From: an uncultured virus (IMG/VR IMGVR_UViG_3300025390_000008)
Lineage: Duplodnaviria > Heunggongvirae > Uroviricota > Caudoviricetes
DNA length: 20,000 bases
IMG/VR virus record: IMGVR_UViG_3300025390_000008
Strand: one strand, 5' to 3'
The notes beneath the pieces are model-generated. The model saw nothing but the letters and a program-made list of their open reading frames with translations, did not search any database and had not been told where the DNA came from. Position 1 is the first letter of the stretch. The number at the start of each line of letters is the position of its first letter. Positions 9,986 to 16,586 of this stretch are shown in pieces. Both the position numbers and the translations under genes were made by a program.

Positions 9986-10268
9986 AGCCTGCCTCGTTGG
10001 TCAGTTGTGTTAACTGTTCCACGATCATGTCGGTGATGGGCACGCCCGAGATGGCGATGCTCGATACCAGCTTGTGGCGCTTGACCACTTCCTCGGCGTC
10101 GCGCATGGCCTTCTTGTAGCCTGCCATGTACTGACTGTCGCCTTCAACGATCATGGTGATGGCGTCGCGGACCAGTGAAGAAGCTTTGCGTTGTCCAGCT
10201 GCTTCTTTCAGCTTGTCGTAGATGTCTCGTCGCAAGTGGACTGAGTAAGGGATTAAGCGGTCATCCAT
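9966..10268 (-). CDS. Putative ribbon-helix-helix DNA-binding protein
   Basis: N-terminal YSVHLRRDIYDKLKEAA..KASSLVRDAI fits the beta-alpha-alpha RHH pattern; coupled within the operon. Confidence 0.55.
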   Translation of the reverse strand: MDDRLIPYSVHLRRDIYDKLKEAAGQRKASSLVRDAITMIVEGDSQYMAGYKKAMRDAEEVVKRHKLVSSIAISGVPITDMIVEQLTQLTNEAGYEQAKA

Positions 10269-10681
10269 GCTTTGAACTCCTGGAGAATGTATTTAAATTG
10301 TTGTGCTGCTTCTGGGTTGGTTTTCAACTCAGTGCGGGATTGAATGTGCAGTTCTTCACGTAGCCATTCGATAGCTTCCTCCTCGGATGCCTCGAAGGTG
10401 TGGCCGATCTCATGTAACCACTCTTGGAACTTTCGGTCGGCGCAGAGCATTCCTGCCTGTTGGACGATGTCCTTGGGGCGGGGCAGCTCCTGTTCTCGGT
10501 TCATGGGTCGCTCGTTTTCATTGATGCGAACCATGACCACCTGATACCGTGCGCCAACATAGTCGCGCATGATGGCATCAGGCACTTCGTCAGGATGGAT
10601 ATTCAGGGTAAGGATATACCCAGTCTTATCCTGCTTGATGGCGACCTTTACGGCCTCGAAGTGTGGATGTGTCATGGTCAA
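10253..10681 (-). CDS. Phage hypothetical protein (142 aa)
   Basis: ATGA overlap with the upstream gene; globular composition; function not recognised. Confidence 0.75.
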   Translation of the reverse strand: MTMTHPHFEAVKVAIKQDKTGYILTLNIHPDEVPDAIMRDYVGARYQVVMVRINENERPMNREQELPRPKDIVQQAGMLCADRKFQEWLHEIGHTFEASEEEAIEWLREELHIQSRTELKTNPEAAQQFKYILQEFKAWMTA

Positions 10682-10962
10682 AATGGCAAGTCTTCCTCGG
10701 GCATGTCATGGCGTGGAGCCTGACGTGGTGCCTGAGGTTTGTAGTCGTCGTACTTCAGGCTCAGGAAAGTGCCTTTGGTTCCTTGGCGTTTCCATCCGCT
10801 GATCTTTACCTTTACCGAGAAGCCGTCTTCGGATTCTTGGATCAGTTGCTGGAGCAGGCTGATGTCGAGGTCGATGCTGCCGTTGTAGTCGGGGGCTTTC
10901 TCGCTACGCTTTGGCAGTTTGGCTGCGAACAGTGCGCCGGAGTTTGGGTATTGGTTGCTCAT
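10678..10962 (-). CDS. Putative single-stranded DNA-binding protein (94 aa)
   Basis: Start MSNQYPNSGALF via ATGA overlap with the ERF stop; APDYNG motif; acidic-aromatic EEDLPF tail typical of SSBs; directly downstream of the annealase. Confidence 0.6.
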   Translation of the reverse strand: MSNQYPNSGALFAAKLPKRSEKAPDYNGSIDLDISLLQQLIQESEDGFSVKVKISGWKRQGTKGTFLSLKYDDYKPQAPRQAPRHDMPEEDLPF

Positions 10963-11654
10963 GCTTTTGATTCCTTGTGTTGTTTGAAGATTGCCATCAG
11001 TTCGTCCCACTTGGTCTGGTTAACAGACTTGAGTGTGCTGAAGATGTTTTGGTTTACCTTGAAGATGGACATCACGTCCGACTTGCTCTTGGCGATTTCC
11101 AGAGCGAGCTTGGTTGCTTCGAGTAATAGTTCCACCCAGTTGTCGATATCAGCGCCAGGATCGGTTGTTATCTTGAGCATCCAAGGGCCTTCTACGCCGG
11201 ACATTTCTGCTGGGGCGGTCTTTGGTAATTCTGCCACTACTGTCTTGGCTTCTGGCTTGGGCTTGGCTGGTAGCGTGGAACCGGCAACGGCATCTACTTC
11301 GTCATGCTCTGATAGCTCTAGGGCGATCAACCACATGTATCGGCGCATGTAGGTATGCGTGCTACCCAGAGACTGGATAGGCTGGCCTTTGGCGTTCTCT
11401 GCCATGACGGTGGGGCTGCTGAACTGAACTGATCCGCCGTTGGGCTCGTTGTCAAATATGTCCAGTGTGGTGACGGCGGTATTGATGTTAAACACACCGC
11501 ATAGGCCTACGGCGTCCATCAGCTTGTGGGCAGTTGGCATGAAGTCGCCAAGCTCGAAGTATTCAAAGCCAGCGAACTTGTTTTTGCCGGACTTCTTGAG
11601 GTTTAGCTTGGAGAGTTCGTATCGAACTGCTTGGAGTTTTCTATACACTGACAT
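10959..11654 (-). CDS. ERF-family single-strand annealing protein (231 aa)
   Basis: Start MSVYRKLQ with AAGGA RBS; KSGKNKFAGFEYFEL and QSLGSTHTYMRRY match the ERF Q-x-x-GS-x-x-TY-x-RRY signature. Confidence 0.85.
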   Translation of the reverse strand: MSVYRKLQAVRYELSKLNLKKSGKNKFAGFEYFELGDFMPTAHKLMDAVGLCGVFNINTAVTTLDIFDNEPNGGSVQFSSPTVMAENAKGQPIQSLGSTHTYMRRYMWLIALELSEHDEVDAVAGSTLPAKPKPEAKTVVAELPKTAPAEMSGVEGPWMLKITTDPGADIDNWVELLLEATKLALEIAKSKSDVMSIFKVNQNIFSTLKSVNQTKWDELMAIFKQHKESKA

Positions 11655-11847
11655 TGTTTTTCCTTTGTTGATTGGATGGGTGGAGCAGCCATTTCGGGCC
11701 GAGCAGTTTAATGGACTGCTGTCGCTTTGCTTCGTTGGTTTCGGCCAGTACACGCAGAAGCTCTGGCGTGACGGGGCCGTGGAATATGCTGTCGCTGATA
11801 GGCTGAGGGTTCATCAGCTCTGGAAAAAATATGTGTTTAATGTTCAT
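11641..11847 (-). CDS. Hypothetical protein (68 aa)
   Basis: AAGGAG RBS and ATGA coupling with the upstream gene. Confidence 0.65.
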   Translation of the reverse strand: MNIKHIFFPELMNPQPISDSIFHGPVTPELLRVLAETNEAKRQQSIKLLGPKWLLHPSNQQRKNNVSV

Positions 11848-12062
11848 TTGTTTCTCTCCTTGTTAATCCCTGCCATGAATCCTTTGTCCCATGCCTTCGC
11901 CCAGCAGATGCACCACAGGTCGTAGTAGCCACGGTTAAGCGGGAAACCAAAGCCTTCTTCTGAAAACATGGCCTTCACGTCTTTGCGCTTTATGAACGAC
12001 TCCCACGAATTGTCTCGTTCACGGTTCATTAGTGGCACATCATCAAACAGTCCTTCAGTCAT
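11844..12062 (-). CDS. Hypothetical protein (72 aa)
   Basis: AGGAG RBS and ATGA coupling. Confidence 0.7.
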   Translation of the reverse strand: MTEGLFDDVPLMNRERDNSWESFIKRKDVKAMFSEEGFGFPLNRGYYDLWCICWAKAWDKGFMAGINKERNK

Positions 12063-12307
12063 TCTGTTTCTCCTGAATTAAGCATTTTTAAACTTCCAAC
12101 AGTTTCGTTGCCGCAGCCGTCGCCGTCGCCGAAGCCGTTGCCGTTTCCGTAGCCGTAGCCGTAGCCGTTGCCGTCGCCGTAGCTGTAGCCGAAGCCGTAG
12201 CCGTTGCCGCCGTAGCCATCGTCGCCGTCGCCGTCGCCGTTTCCGTAGCCGTAGCCGTCGCCGTCGCCGTAGCCGTAGCCGTTGCCGTTGCCTATTGGCC
12301 TAAACAT
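12059..12307 (-). CDS. Gly-rich (G-N/Y/D-G) low-complexity protein (82 aa)
   Basis: Start MFRPIG overlaps the upstream TAA (TAATG); body is a degenerate hexamer repeat. Confidence 0.65.
   Translation of the reverse strand: MFRPIGNGNGYGYGDGDGYGYGNGDGDGDDGYGGNGYGFGYSYGDGNGYGYGYGNGNGFGDGDGCGNETVGSLKMLNSGETE
12110..12292. repeat. Degenerate hexanucleotide tandem repeat (GCCGTA/GCCGTC/GCCGTT)n
   Basis: Directly visible; encodes the Gly-X dipeptide run on the minus strand. Confidence 0.9.
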
Positions 12308-12624
12308 TAAAGCCCCCAATCATCTGCAACGGGAACGCAAAACACTTCTGCATTTTGAGGCAGGTCAACACCTTGCGGTAATGGTTTGATAATTGCTTTA
12401 TCGCTCTTTGGATTAGCAATTACGCCATCAAATCCAATTGATTCCCATCGGAATAACCAAACGGCTCGGCTCAGTTTAATGCGTCCATTTTCTCGATTTA
12501 CATCTCCTGCGAAAATCCAGCCTCGATCAACCACAATTACAGCGCGAATGCCGGTTGGTGCAGGTTGTACGGAATCGGCGCGAACATAATCGACGCCATT
12601 GATAGAGATGGTTTCATTTTTCAT
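12307..12624 (-). CDS. Phage protein, DUF6948-like (105 aa)
   Basis: MKNETISINGVDYV start with AAGGA RBS (alternative start 12654); VIVVDRGWIFAG..LSRAVWLFRW; pairing with a downstream Gly-rich ORF is a familiar phage arrangement. Confidence 0.55.
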   Translation of the reverse strand: MKNETISINGVDYVRADSVQPAPTGIRAVIVVDRGWIFAGDVNRENGRIKLSRAVWLFRWESIGFDGVIANPKSDKAIIKPLPQGVDLPQNAEVFCVPVADDWGL

Positions 12625-12650
12625 TTCAATTTCCTTTGTGGTTTGGTTAA

Positions 12651-12707
12651 TCATTCTGTTATTCCTGTTGCATCCAGCGCCATGCGTAAGGCTTCGTCTT
12701 TAGTCAT
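12651..12707 (-). pseudogene. 18-aa mini-ORF MTKDEALRMALDATGITE, probable deleted cassette remnant
   Basis: Starts at the junction-repeat ATG with a full RBS; N-terminus parallels MKDEALKLALEAL of the adjacent gene; ends in another AGGA..ATGA junction. Confidence 0.6.
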
Positions 12708-13150
12708 GTGTTCTTCTCCTTGAGTTTGGCTTCGATGCGTCTTGCGTAAACATCAATGGTCTGTGTTGGCAAACCTTGTAAGCATTCTTGTATTTCCTCA
12801 TCCGTCAGCCCAACCCATGTGCGCTGTGGTGACAACATTTTTTGAACATCCCCACACATTACTTTGATTGCGTTGTAGCCTTCAGGATCATTGCTGTCTG
12901 CAAGTTCATAAGCCTCTTGCATAATCCTGATTCTGATGGGTTCAAAGTCTTTGTTGCTCATCCACCCCACAGGCTCCTGCACAGGTGCTGCAAGGGCTTG
13001 CTTAATGGCGGTGATGGCTTGTTGCGTCCGATATGAACCGCCCAGTCGCCACACAGCAACATCGCCACTATTTTCTCCAGTCAACATATCAGGAATACCA
13101 AACAGTTTTTCCAACGCCTCCAGCGCCAGCTTCAATGCTTCGTCTTTCAT
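12704..13150 (-). CDS. Modular hypothetical protein (DEALKLALEAL / QEPVGW / WVGLTDEE / IEAKLKEKNT)
   Basis: Bounded by junction repeats at both ends. Confidence 0.8.
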   Translation of the reverse strand: MKDEALKLALEALEKLFGIPDMLTGENSGDVAVWRLGGSYRTQQAITAIKQALAAPVQEPVGWMSNKDFEPIRIRIMQEAYELADSNDPEGYNAIKVMCGDVQKMLSPQRTWVGLTDEEIQECLQGLPTQTIDVYARRIEAKLKEKNT

Positions 13151-13392
13151 GTGTTCTTCTCCTGCGCTGCTTTCAAAATTGACCGAGCAAAATCAATGAT
13201 GCGGATTTCGGTCGGGGCGTATTTAATGGTCTTATCCCAAATTTGCATGATCTCTTCATGCGATAGGTCAATCCATTCGTCCTTTGCATTTAAGGATTTG
13301 CCCGTTATCTCCAGCATGTTTTTCAGGCGATGGAGTTCCATCTCAACGTCTTTGAGTTTTGAAATTGCCTCAAATGTTTTTTCGTGCTTCAT
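13147..13392 (-). CDS. Modular hypothetical protein (81 aa; WIDLSHEE..EKNT)
   Basis: GAGGAG RBS before ATG13392 (MKHEKTF); ends in the junction repeat. Confidence 0.75.
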   Translation of the reverse strand: MKHEKTFEAISKLKDVEMELHRLKNMLEITGKSLNAKDEWIDLSHEEIMQIWDKTIKYAPTEIRIIDFARSILKAAQEKNT

Positions 13393-13543
13393 CCCGCATC
13401 TCCTCAAGTACAGTTTTAAATTGGTTGTTGACAATATCCAGTTTCAACATTTCTAAAATACCAACTACATGTGATGCTGGCAAAGTACCGTTGTATTTCA
13501 TAACAAGATCAAATAATTCAACCATCAATGTACTAGCGTTCAT
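13370..13543 (-). CDS. Hypothetical protein (57 aa, MNASTLMVELF...)
   Basis: Start supplied by the junction repeat at 13540. Confidence 0.7.
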   Translation of the reverse strand: MNASTLMVELFDLVMKYNGTLPASHVVGILEMLKLDIVNNQFKTVLEEMRDEARKNI

Positions 13544-13761
13544 GTGTTCTTCTCCTTGAGTGGATCGGTTGTGAACTTGATGTCGCCAATGGCAACCCAA
13601 TAGCCCTCTCGGTATCCTTCGTAGTGAGCAAGCCACCTTCCGTTCAAATCTTCATCGCTCATGTGGGGAACGTCGCCTTTTTTCATTGCCTCGACGTAAG
13701 CGTTCTTTCGGTTGGTCGCATATCTTGCGGCATCAAGATGCAGTTGTTCTGATGGTGTCAT
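13540..13761 (-). CDS. Hypothetical protein (73 aa, ends LKEKNT)
   Basis: Junction repeats at both ends. Confidence 0.75.
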   Translation of the reverse strand: MTPSEQLHLDAARYATNRKNAYVEAMKKGDVPHMSDEDLNGRWLAHYEGYREGYWVAIGDIKFTTDPLKEKNT

Positions 13762-14042
13762 GTGTTCTTCTCCTCGGCGTAGCCGTTCTTTTGCTTGAGT
13801 TTGGCTTCAATGGCTTGGGTCAGATTACGCAACCACGATTCATCTTTTGCACAAGTGGTTGTTTCTTCAAGTGTTAGCATTTCCTCATCAGTCAGCCCAA
13901 CCCATTCACGCTTCTTTAGGCGCTCTCTTGCGGCGATTGCCCTAATAAACATTGACATGGGGTGCGTAACGGGATACGCAGATTCAAGACCAGCCTCTTC
14001 TCTAAACCAAGCTAGGTTTTTAACCAAGTCCTCGTCTGTCAT
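13758..14042 (-). CDS. Modular hypothetical protein (94 aa; WVGLTDEE..IEAKLKQKNGYAEEKNT)
   Basis: Junction repeats at both ends. Confidence 0.75.
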   Translation of the reverse strand: MTDEDLVKNLAWFREEAGLESAYPVTHPMSMFIRAIAARERLKKREWVGLTDEEMLTLEETTTCAKDESWLRNLTQAIEAKLKQKNGYAEEKNT

Positions 14043-14212
14043 GTGTTCTTCTCCTTTTCAACTGGCCCATTAAACAGCGCCATGCCCAGCGATCCAAGCA
14101 TGACCGCCTTCAACTCTTCGCGCTCCTCTTCTGGATATTCACTGGCGACCTCATCCATGATTTTCATAATGCTGGCGGCCACTTCTTTTGCGGGAATCGG
14201 CTTTGCGCTCAT
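14039..14212 (-). CDS. Hypothetical protein (57 aa, MSAKPIPAKEVAASIMK...VEKEKNT), absent from the ORF track
   Basis: Translated by hand: 174-nt open frame running exactly between two junction repeats. Confidence 0.75.
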   Translation of the reverse strand: MSAKPIPAKEVAASIMKIMDEVASEYPEEEREELKAVMLGSLGMALFNGPVEKEKNT

Positions 14213-14406
14213 GTGTTCTTCTCCTTGTCGTATGGCCCTACCCCCAACTCTTTGGCGATTTTGTGTTGCAACTCCGTGATTCGGTGAGTGTTGCCAGCCA
14301 CTTGTGCATTTAGCAAACGAACATAACCAAGCGTGTTTTCATTGTGGTCTACAAGCAAACGCAGCTCTTCTTGCAACCGTTTTAGATACGTTGTTGGTTT
14401 ATCCAT
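14209..14406 (-). CDS. Hypothetical coiled-coil protein (65 aa, MDKPTTY...DKEKNT)
   Basis: Start ATG lies in the variant junction repeat with AAGGAG RBS. Confidence 0.7.
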   Translation of the reverse strand: MDKPTTYLKRLQEELRLLVDHNENTLGYVRLLNAQVAGNTHRITELQHKIAKELGVGPYDKEKNT

Positions 14407-14743
14407 TGTTCTTCTCCTTGAGTTTGGCTTCGATGGCTCGGGCGCGACCTTCTGCTGTGATGTAATTTCCCAAACATTCATCGCGCTCCTCATCCGTCAA
14501 CCCAACCCATTCACGCTTGCCCATTGCGTTGACTGCTTTGTCCACGCTTGATTGCATCTGTTTTTGCATTCCATCAATAAAGCCACGCTCGTATTCGCTG
14601 GCGTGCTTTCGCCAATCATCGTTGATATCCTGCAGTATCTGCTTGCCCAAGTTGGACTGTCTTTCCACCTCGTTAAAGGCTTCGTCTTCCTCCGGCGTCC
14701 AATCAACGCTGAGTCGGTCAAATACAAGTTCTACTTTTTTCAT
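14399..14743 (-). CDS. Modular hypothetical protein (114 aa; WTPEEDEAF / YERGFIDG / WVGLTDEE / IEAKLKEKN)
   Basis: TAAGGAG RBS; shares modules with paralogous ORFs in the array. Confidence 0.75.
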   Translation of the reverse strand: MKKVELVFDRLSVDWTPEEDEAFNEVERQSNLGKQILQDINDDWRKHASEYERGFIDGMQKQMQSSVDKAVNAMGKREWVGLTDEERDECLGNYITAEGRARAIEAKLKEKNNG

Positions 14744-14752
14744 TGCTACTCC

Positions 14753-14974
14753 TTAGATGATGGTTGTTCTGCGGGTGGCGGACTTTGGAAAGAACACCAG
14801 CGAGAAGACGGGGAAGTCGATCTCTTCTTTCGGGTCAACCCGCTCGGTGTTAATAATTACAGCGCCTTGCTGCATGTGGCGACGTAGTTCTCCGCCGCTC
14901 ATGTCAGTGCATGGATGCTCTGCTGACATAGGAATGGCAGGGCGTAAGTTGCTCAGGTATTGCAGGGCGTTCAT
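14753..14974 (-). CDS. Small protein with S4-like RNA-binding motif
   Basis: SGGELRRHMQQGAVIINTERV resembles the S4 consensus S-x-x-E-A-R-R-L-I-x-x-G-A-V-x-I-N-G; ATGA coupling. Confidence 0.5.
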   Translation of the reverse strand: MNALQYLSNLRPAIPMSAEHPCTDMSGGELRRHMQQGAVIINTERVDPKEEIDFPVFSLVFFPKSATRRTTII

Positions 14975-15207
14975 TGCTGCTCATTCAACTTCTTTTTCAG
15001 TGCACGGTTCTCATCCATGACTTCTTGAAGCATCTTTAGATGTTCTTTGTGGCGCTGCTCCATGACGGAAACCACTTTTTCAAAGTCAAGCATCCATTTC
15101 TTGATTGCTTGCTTGAGTAGCTCGGCGTTATACCAAATGTAGTGTTCGGTGACACCTTCAATCTTTACGCTGTCTTTCACAATAAATTCTTTAGTATTCT
15201 CATCCAT
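14971..15207 (-). CDS. Hypothetical protein (78 aa, C-terminal coiled coil)
   Basis: AGGAG RBS before ATG15207 (MDENTKEF), overlapping the exonuclease stop. Confidence 0.7.
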   Translation of the reverse strand: MDENTKEFIVKDSVKIEGVTEHYIWYNAELLKQAIKKWMLDFEKVVSVMEQRHKEHLKMLQEVMDENRALKKKLNEQQ

Positions 15208-16069
15208 GTTGCTGCTCCTGGTAACGTTTCCACTGATCACAAAAAGGTGCTGCTTGGCAGTAGCCCTCGCAGCGCGTTCTACCGCCAGGACGAACCTCAA
15301 TGGCGTATCCCTTGGTCAATACCGCTTCAGCTTCTTCCAGCGTCTTGTGGACTGATTTGGCCCGCTTACCGCCCTCTTTCATCACGGCGTACATCGTGGG
15401 TTTCTCCCACATCTCTTCAGGTGTGCATTCAGGCAGGTCGAAGTTGGCGGCGATCGCAAACACGGCATCGTTGTGTGCGCTCAGGCGTCTGGCTACATAC
15501 TGCTCGGCGTATTGAAAATCCCAGATCGGGATATCAATGATGACCACTGGGGCTTGTGGGTAGTTCTCGCGGGTAGTTGCTTCGCGGGCAGACCAGTCGC
15601 GGATGATGGCGCAAATCTGCAGCTTCTTTACATTACTTTGCTTTACTTTACGAACCAGCCAAGCATAGATGTTCAGCTGGTTCTCCCAATCGGCCTTGGT
15701 GTTCATAACAGACCATGCACCAGTAACTTTGTAGTCGCTGATGATGATGCCGTCTTCCTCGACTTCTTGCAGGTCAATAGCGCCAGAGATATGCCAGCCG
15801 TTAAATTCGATGTGCAGCCGCTCTTCAACGATGTGGTGATTGTCTTTGCCGTGCTCCAAGATGCCGTGGACGGCGGAGCCAAAGATAGACCAGACCATTT
15901 CAGAGGCGTCTTGTGTCAGCTCATCCCAATGCTTGTTCTTTAGCTGAACAATGCGGGGCGAATTCAGAATTTCTGTAGCAGATATCTGGGACGCGCCCTT
16001 GGAATACTGAGGCCGCTTGATCACATTTACAAATGTGTCCGGCAAGTTGTGGACATTGGTTATACGCAT
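15200..16069 (-). CDS. PD-(D/E)XK superfamily (RecB/Cas4-like) exonuclease
   Basis: GSAVH..LE, ISGAIDL, DYK and QLNIYAWL motifs, plus C-terminal RC..YC....FC; AGGAG RBS; first gene of the recombination operon. Confidence 0.85.
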   Translation of the reverse strand: MRITNVHNLPDTFVNVIKRPQYSKGASQISATEILNSPRIVQLKNKHWDELTQDASEMVWSIFGSAVHGILEHGKDNHHIVEERLHIEFNGWHISGAIDLQEVEEDGIIISDYKVTGAWSVMNTKADWENQLNIYAWLVRKVKQSNVKKLQICAIIRDWSAREATTRENYPQAPVVIIDIPIWDFQYAEQYVARRLSAHNDAVFAIAANFDLPECTPEEMWEKPTMYAVMKEGGKRAKSVHKTLEEAEAVLTKGYAIEVRPGGRTRCEGYCQAAPFCDQWKRYQEQQHG

Positions 16070-16103
16070 TCATACTCCTATAATTGGGGTTACGAACATC
16101 CTT

Positions 16104-16118
16104 ACTGGTTGTTCTGGT
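16104..16118 (-). promoter_or_regulatory. 15-bp box ACCAGAACAACCAGT (copy 1)
   Basis: Exact copy at 18302-18316 on the + strand; both lie just downstream of a -10 element. Confidence 0.65.
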
Positions 16119-16122
16119 AGAT

Positions 16123-16151
16123 ATGCTATCAGGTATATTCTGGAAATGCAA
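16123..16151 (-). promoter_or_regulatory. Sigma70-type promoter of the leftward operon
   Basis: TTGCAT-17 bp-TAGCAT with TGn extension on the minus strand. Confidence 0.6.
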
Positions 16152-16170
16152 CACATGAGGAAAAATATTT

Positions 16171-16464
16171 ATGGCACGTAGGGCGATGAGGCAGGACGAC
16201 AATCATGGGGCGGTGGTGACTGCTCTGCGGGCGATGGGTGCTACGGTGCATACGATCAGCCAAGGCGGTGGGATACCGGACTTGCTGGTGGGTTATAAGG
16301 GGAAGACGGCGCTGCTGGAAGTGAAGGACGGGGACAAGCCGCCGAGTGCGAGAAAGCTGACGGAGCCGGAGGAGAAGTTCTTTGCGAGCTGGTCAGGTGG
16401 TCCGCTGTTTATAGTGAACAGTCCTGAGGAGGCTTGTGCCATGCTGGAGCATCTTGGAGCGTAG
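16171..16464 (+). CDS. VRR-NUC domain nuclease (Holliday junction resolvase-like)
   Basis: GIPDLLVGYKG..LLEVK..LTEPEEKF motif; GAGGA RBS. Confidence 0.85.
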   Translation: MARRAMRQDDNHGAVVTALRAMGATVHTISQGGGIPDLLVGYKGKTALLEVKDGDKPPSARKLTEPEEKFFASWSGGPLFIVNSPEEACAMLEHLGA

Positions 16465-16483
16465 TGGAGCATTGTGGTATACT
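16445..16483 (+). promoter_or_regulatory. Extended -10 promoter (TGgTATACT) preceded by three phased TGGAGC repeats
   Basis: TGGAGC at 16445, 16455 and 16465 (10-bp period); TATACT at 16478-16483. Confidence 0.45.
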
Positions 16484-16549
16484 GAACCCGCTATTGCATT
16501 CATACATCCCTTGGTGGGTTCCACGGCTTCTTCGGAGGCCGTTTTTTTT
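16484..16549 (+). ncRNA. Candidate small antisense RNA against the exonuclease RBS/start
   Basis: Stem 16484-16493/16512-16521 with loop GCATTCATAC-A-TCC complementary to mRNA GGA-GUAUGAAUGC (16066-16078); ends in a terminator. Confidence 0.5.
16523..16549 (+). terminator. Rho-independent terminator
   Basis: ACGGCTTC-TTCG-GAGGCCGT (cUUCGg tetraloop) followed by a T run. Confidence 0.9.
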
Positions 16550-16550
16550 G

Positions 16551-16566
16551 CTGGTAATATTACCAC
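16551..16566. promoter_or_regulatory. Palindrome TGGTAATATTACCA, intergenic copy of a dispersed motif
   Basis: Perfect 14-bp palindrome covering the -35 position of TACAAT (16575-16580); other copies at 2273, 5229, 6904 and 18870, near-copies at 9504 and 15218. Confidence 0.7.
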
Positions 16567-16586
16567 TTGGCAGGTACAATTGTTCC

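Larger units (their letters stand above)
12704..14437 (-). repeat. Seven copies of junction repeat (core AGGAGAAGAACACATGA, extended ATCGAAGCCAAACTCAAGGAGAAGAACA)
   Basis: Plus-strand TCATGTGTTCTTCTCCT at 12704, 13147, 13540, 13758, 14039 and 14209; variant TTATCCATTGTTCTTCTCCTTGAGTTTGGCTTCGATG at 14399; degenerate extra copy about 13783-13814. Confidence 0.95.

Noticed and set aside
12704..14437. CRISPR array or integron attC array
   Set aside because: Repeat core is 17 bp and non-palindromic, intervals are 170-443 bp and fully coding, and there are no cas genes, integrase or attC R-box hairpins.
10175..15943. Plus-strand ORFs over the leftward operon (e.g. 10663-11352, 11440-11925, 15473-15943)
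   Set aside because: Antisense to a continuous, RBS-supported, translationally coupled minus-strand gene chain.
15200..16069. CRISPR-associated Cas4
   Set aside because: No cas context; its position with ERF and SSB-like genes indicates a phage recombination exonuclease.
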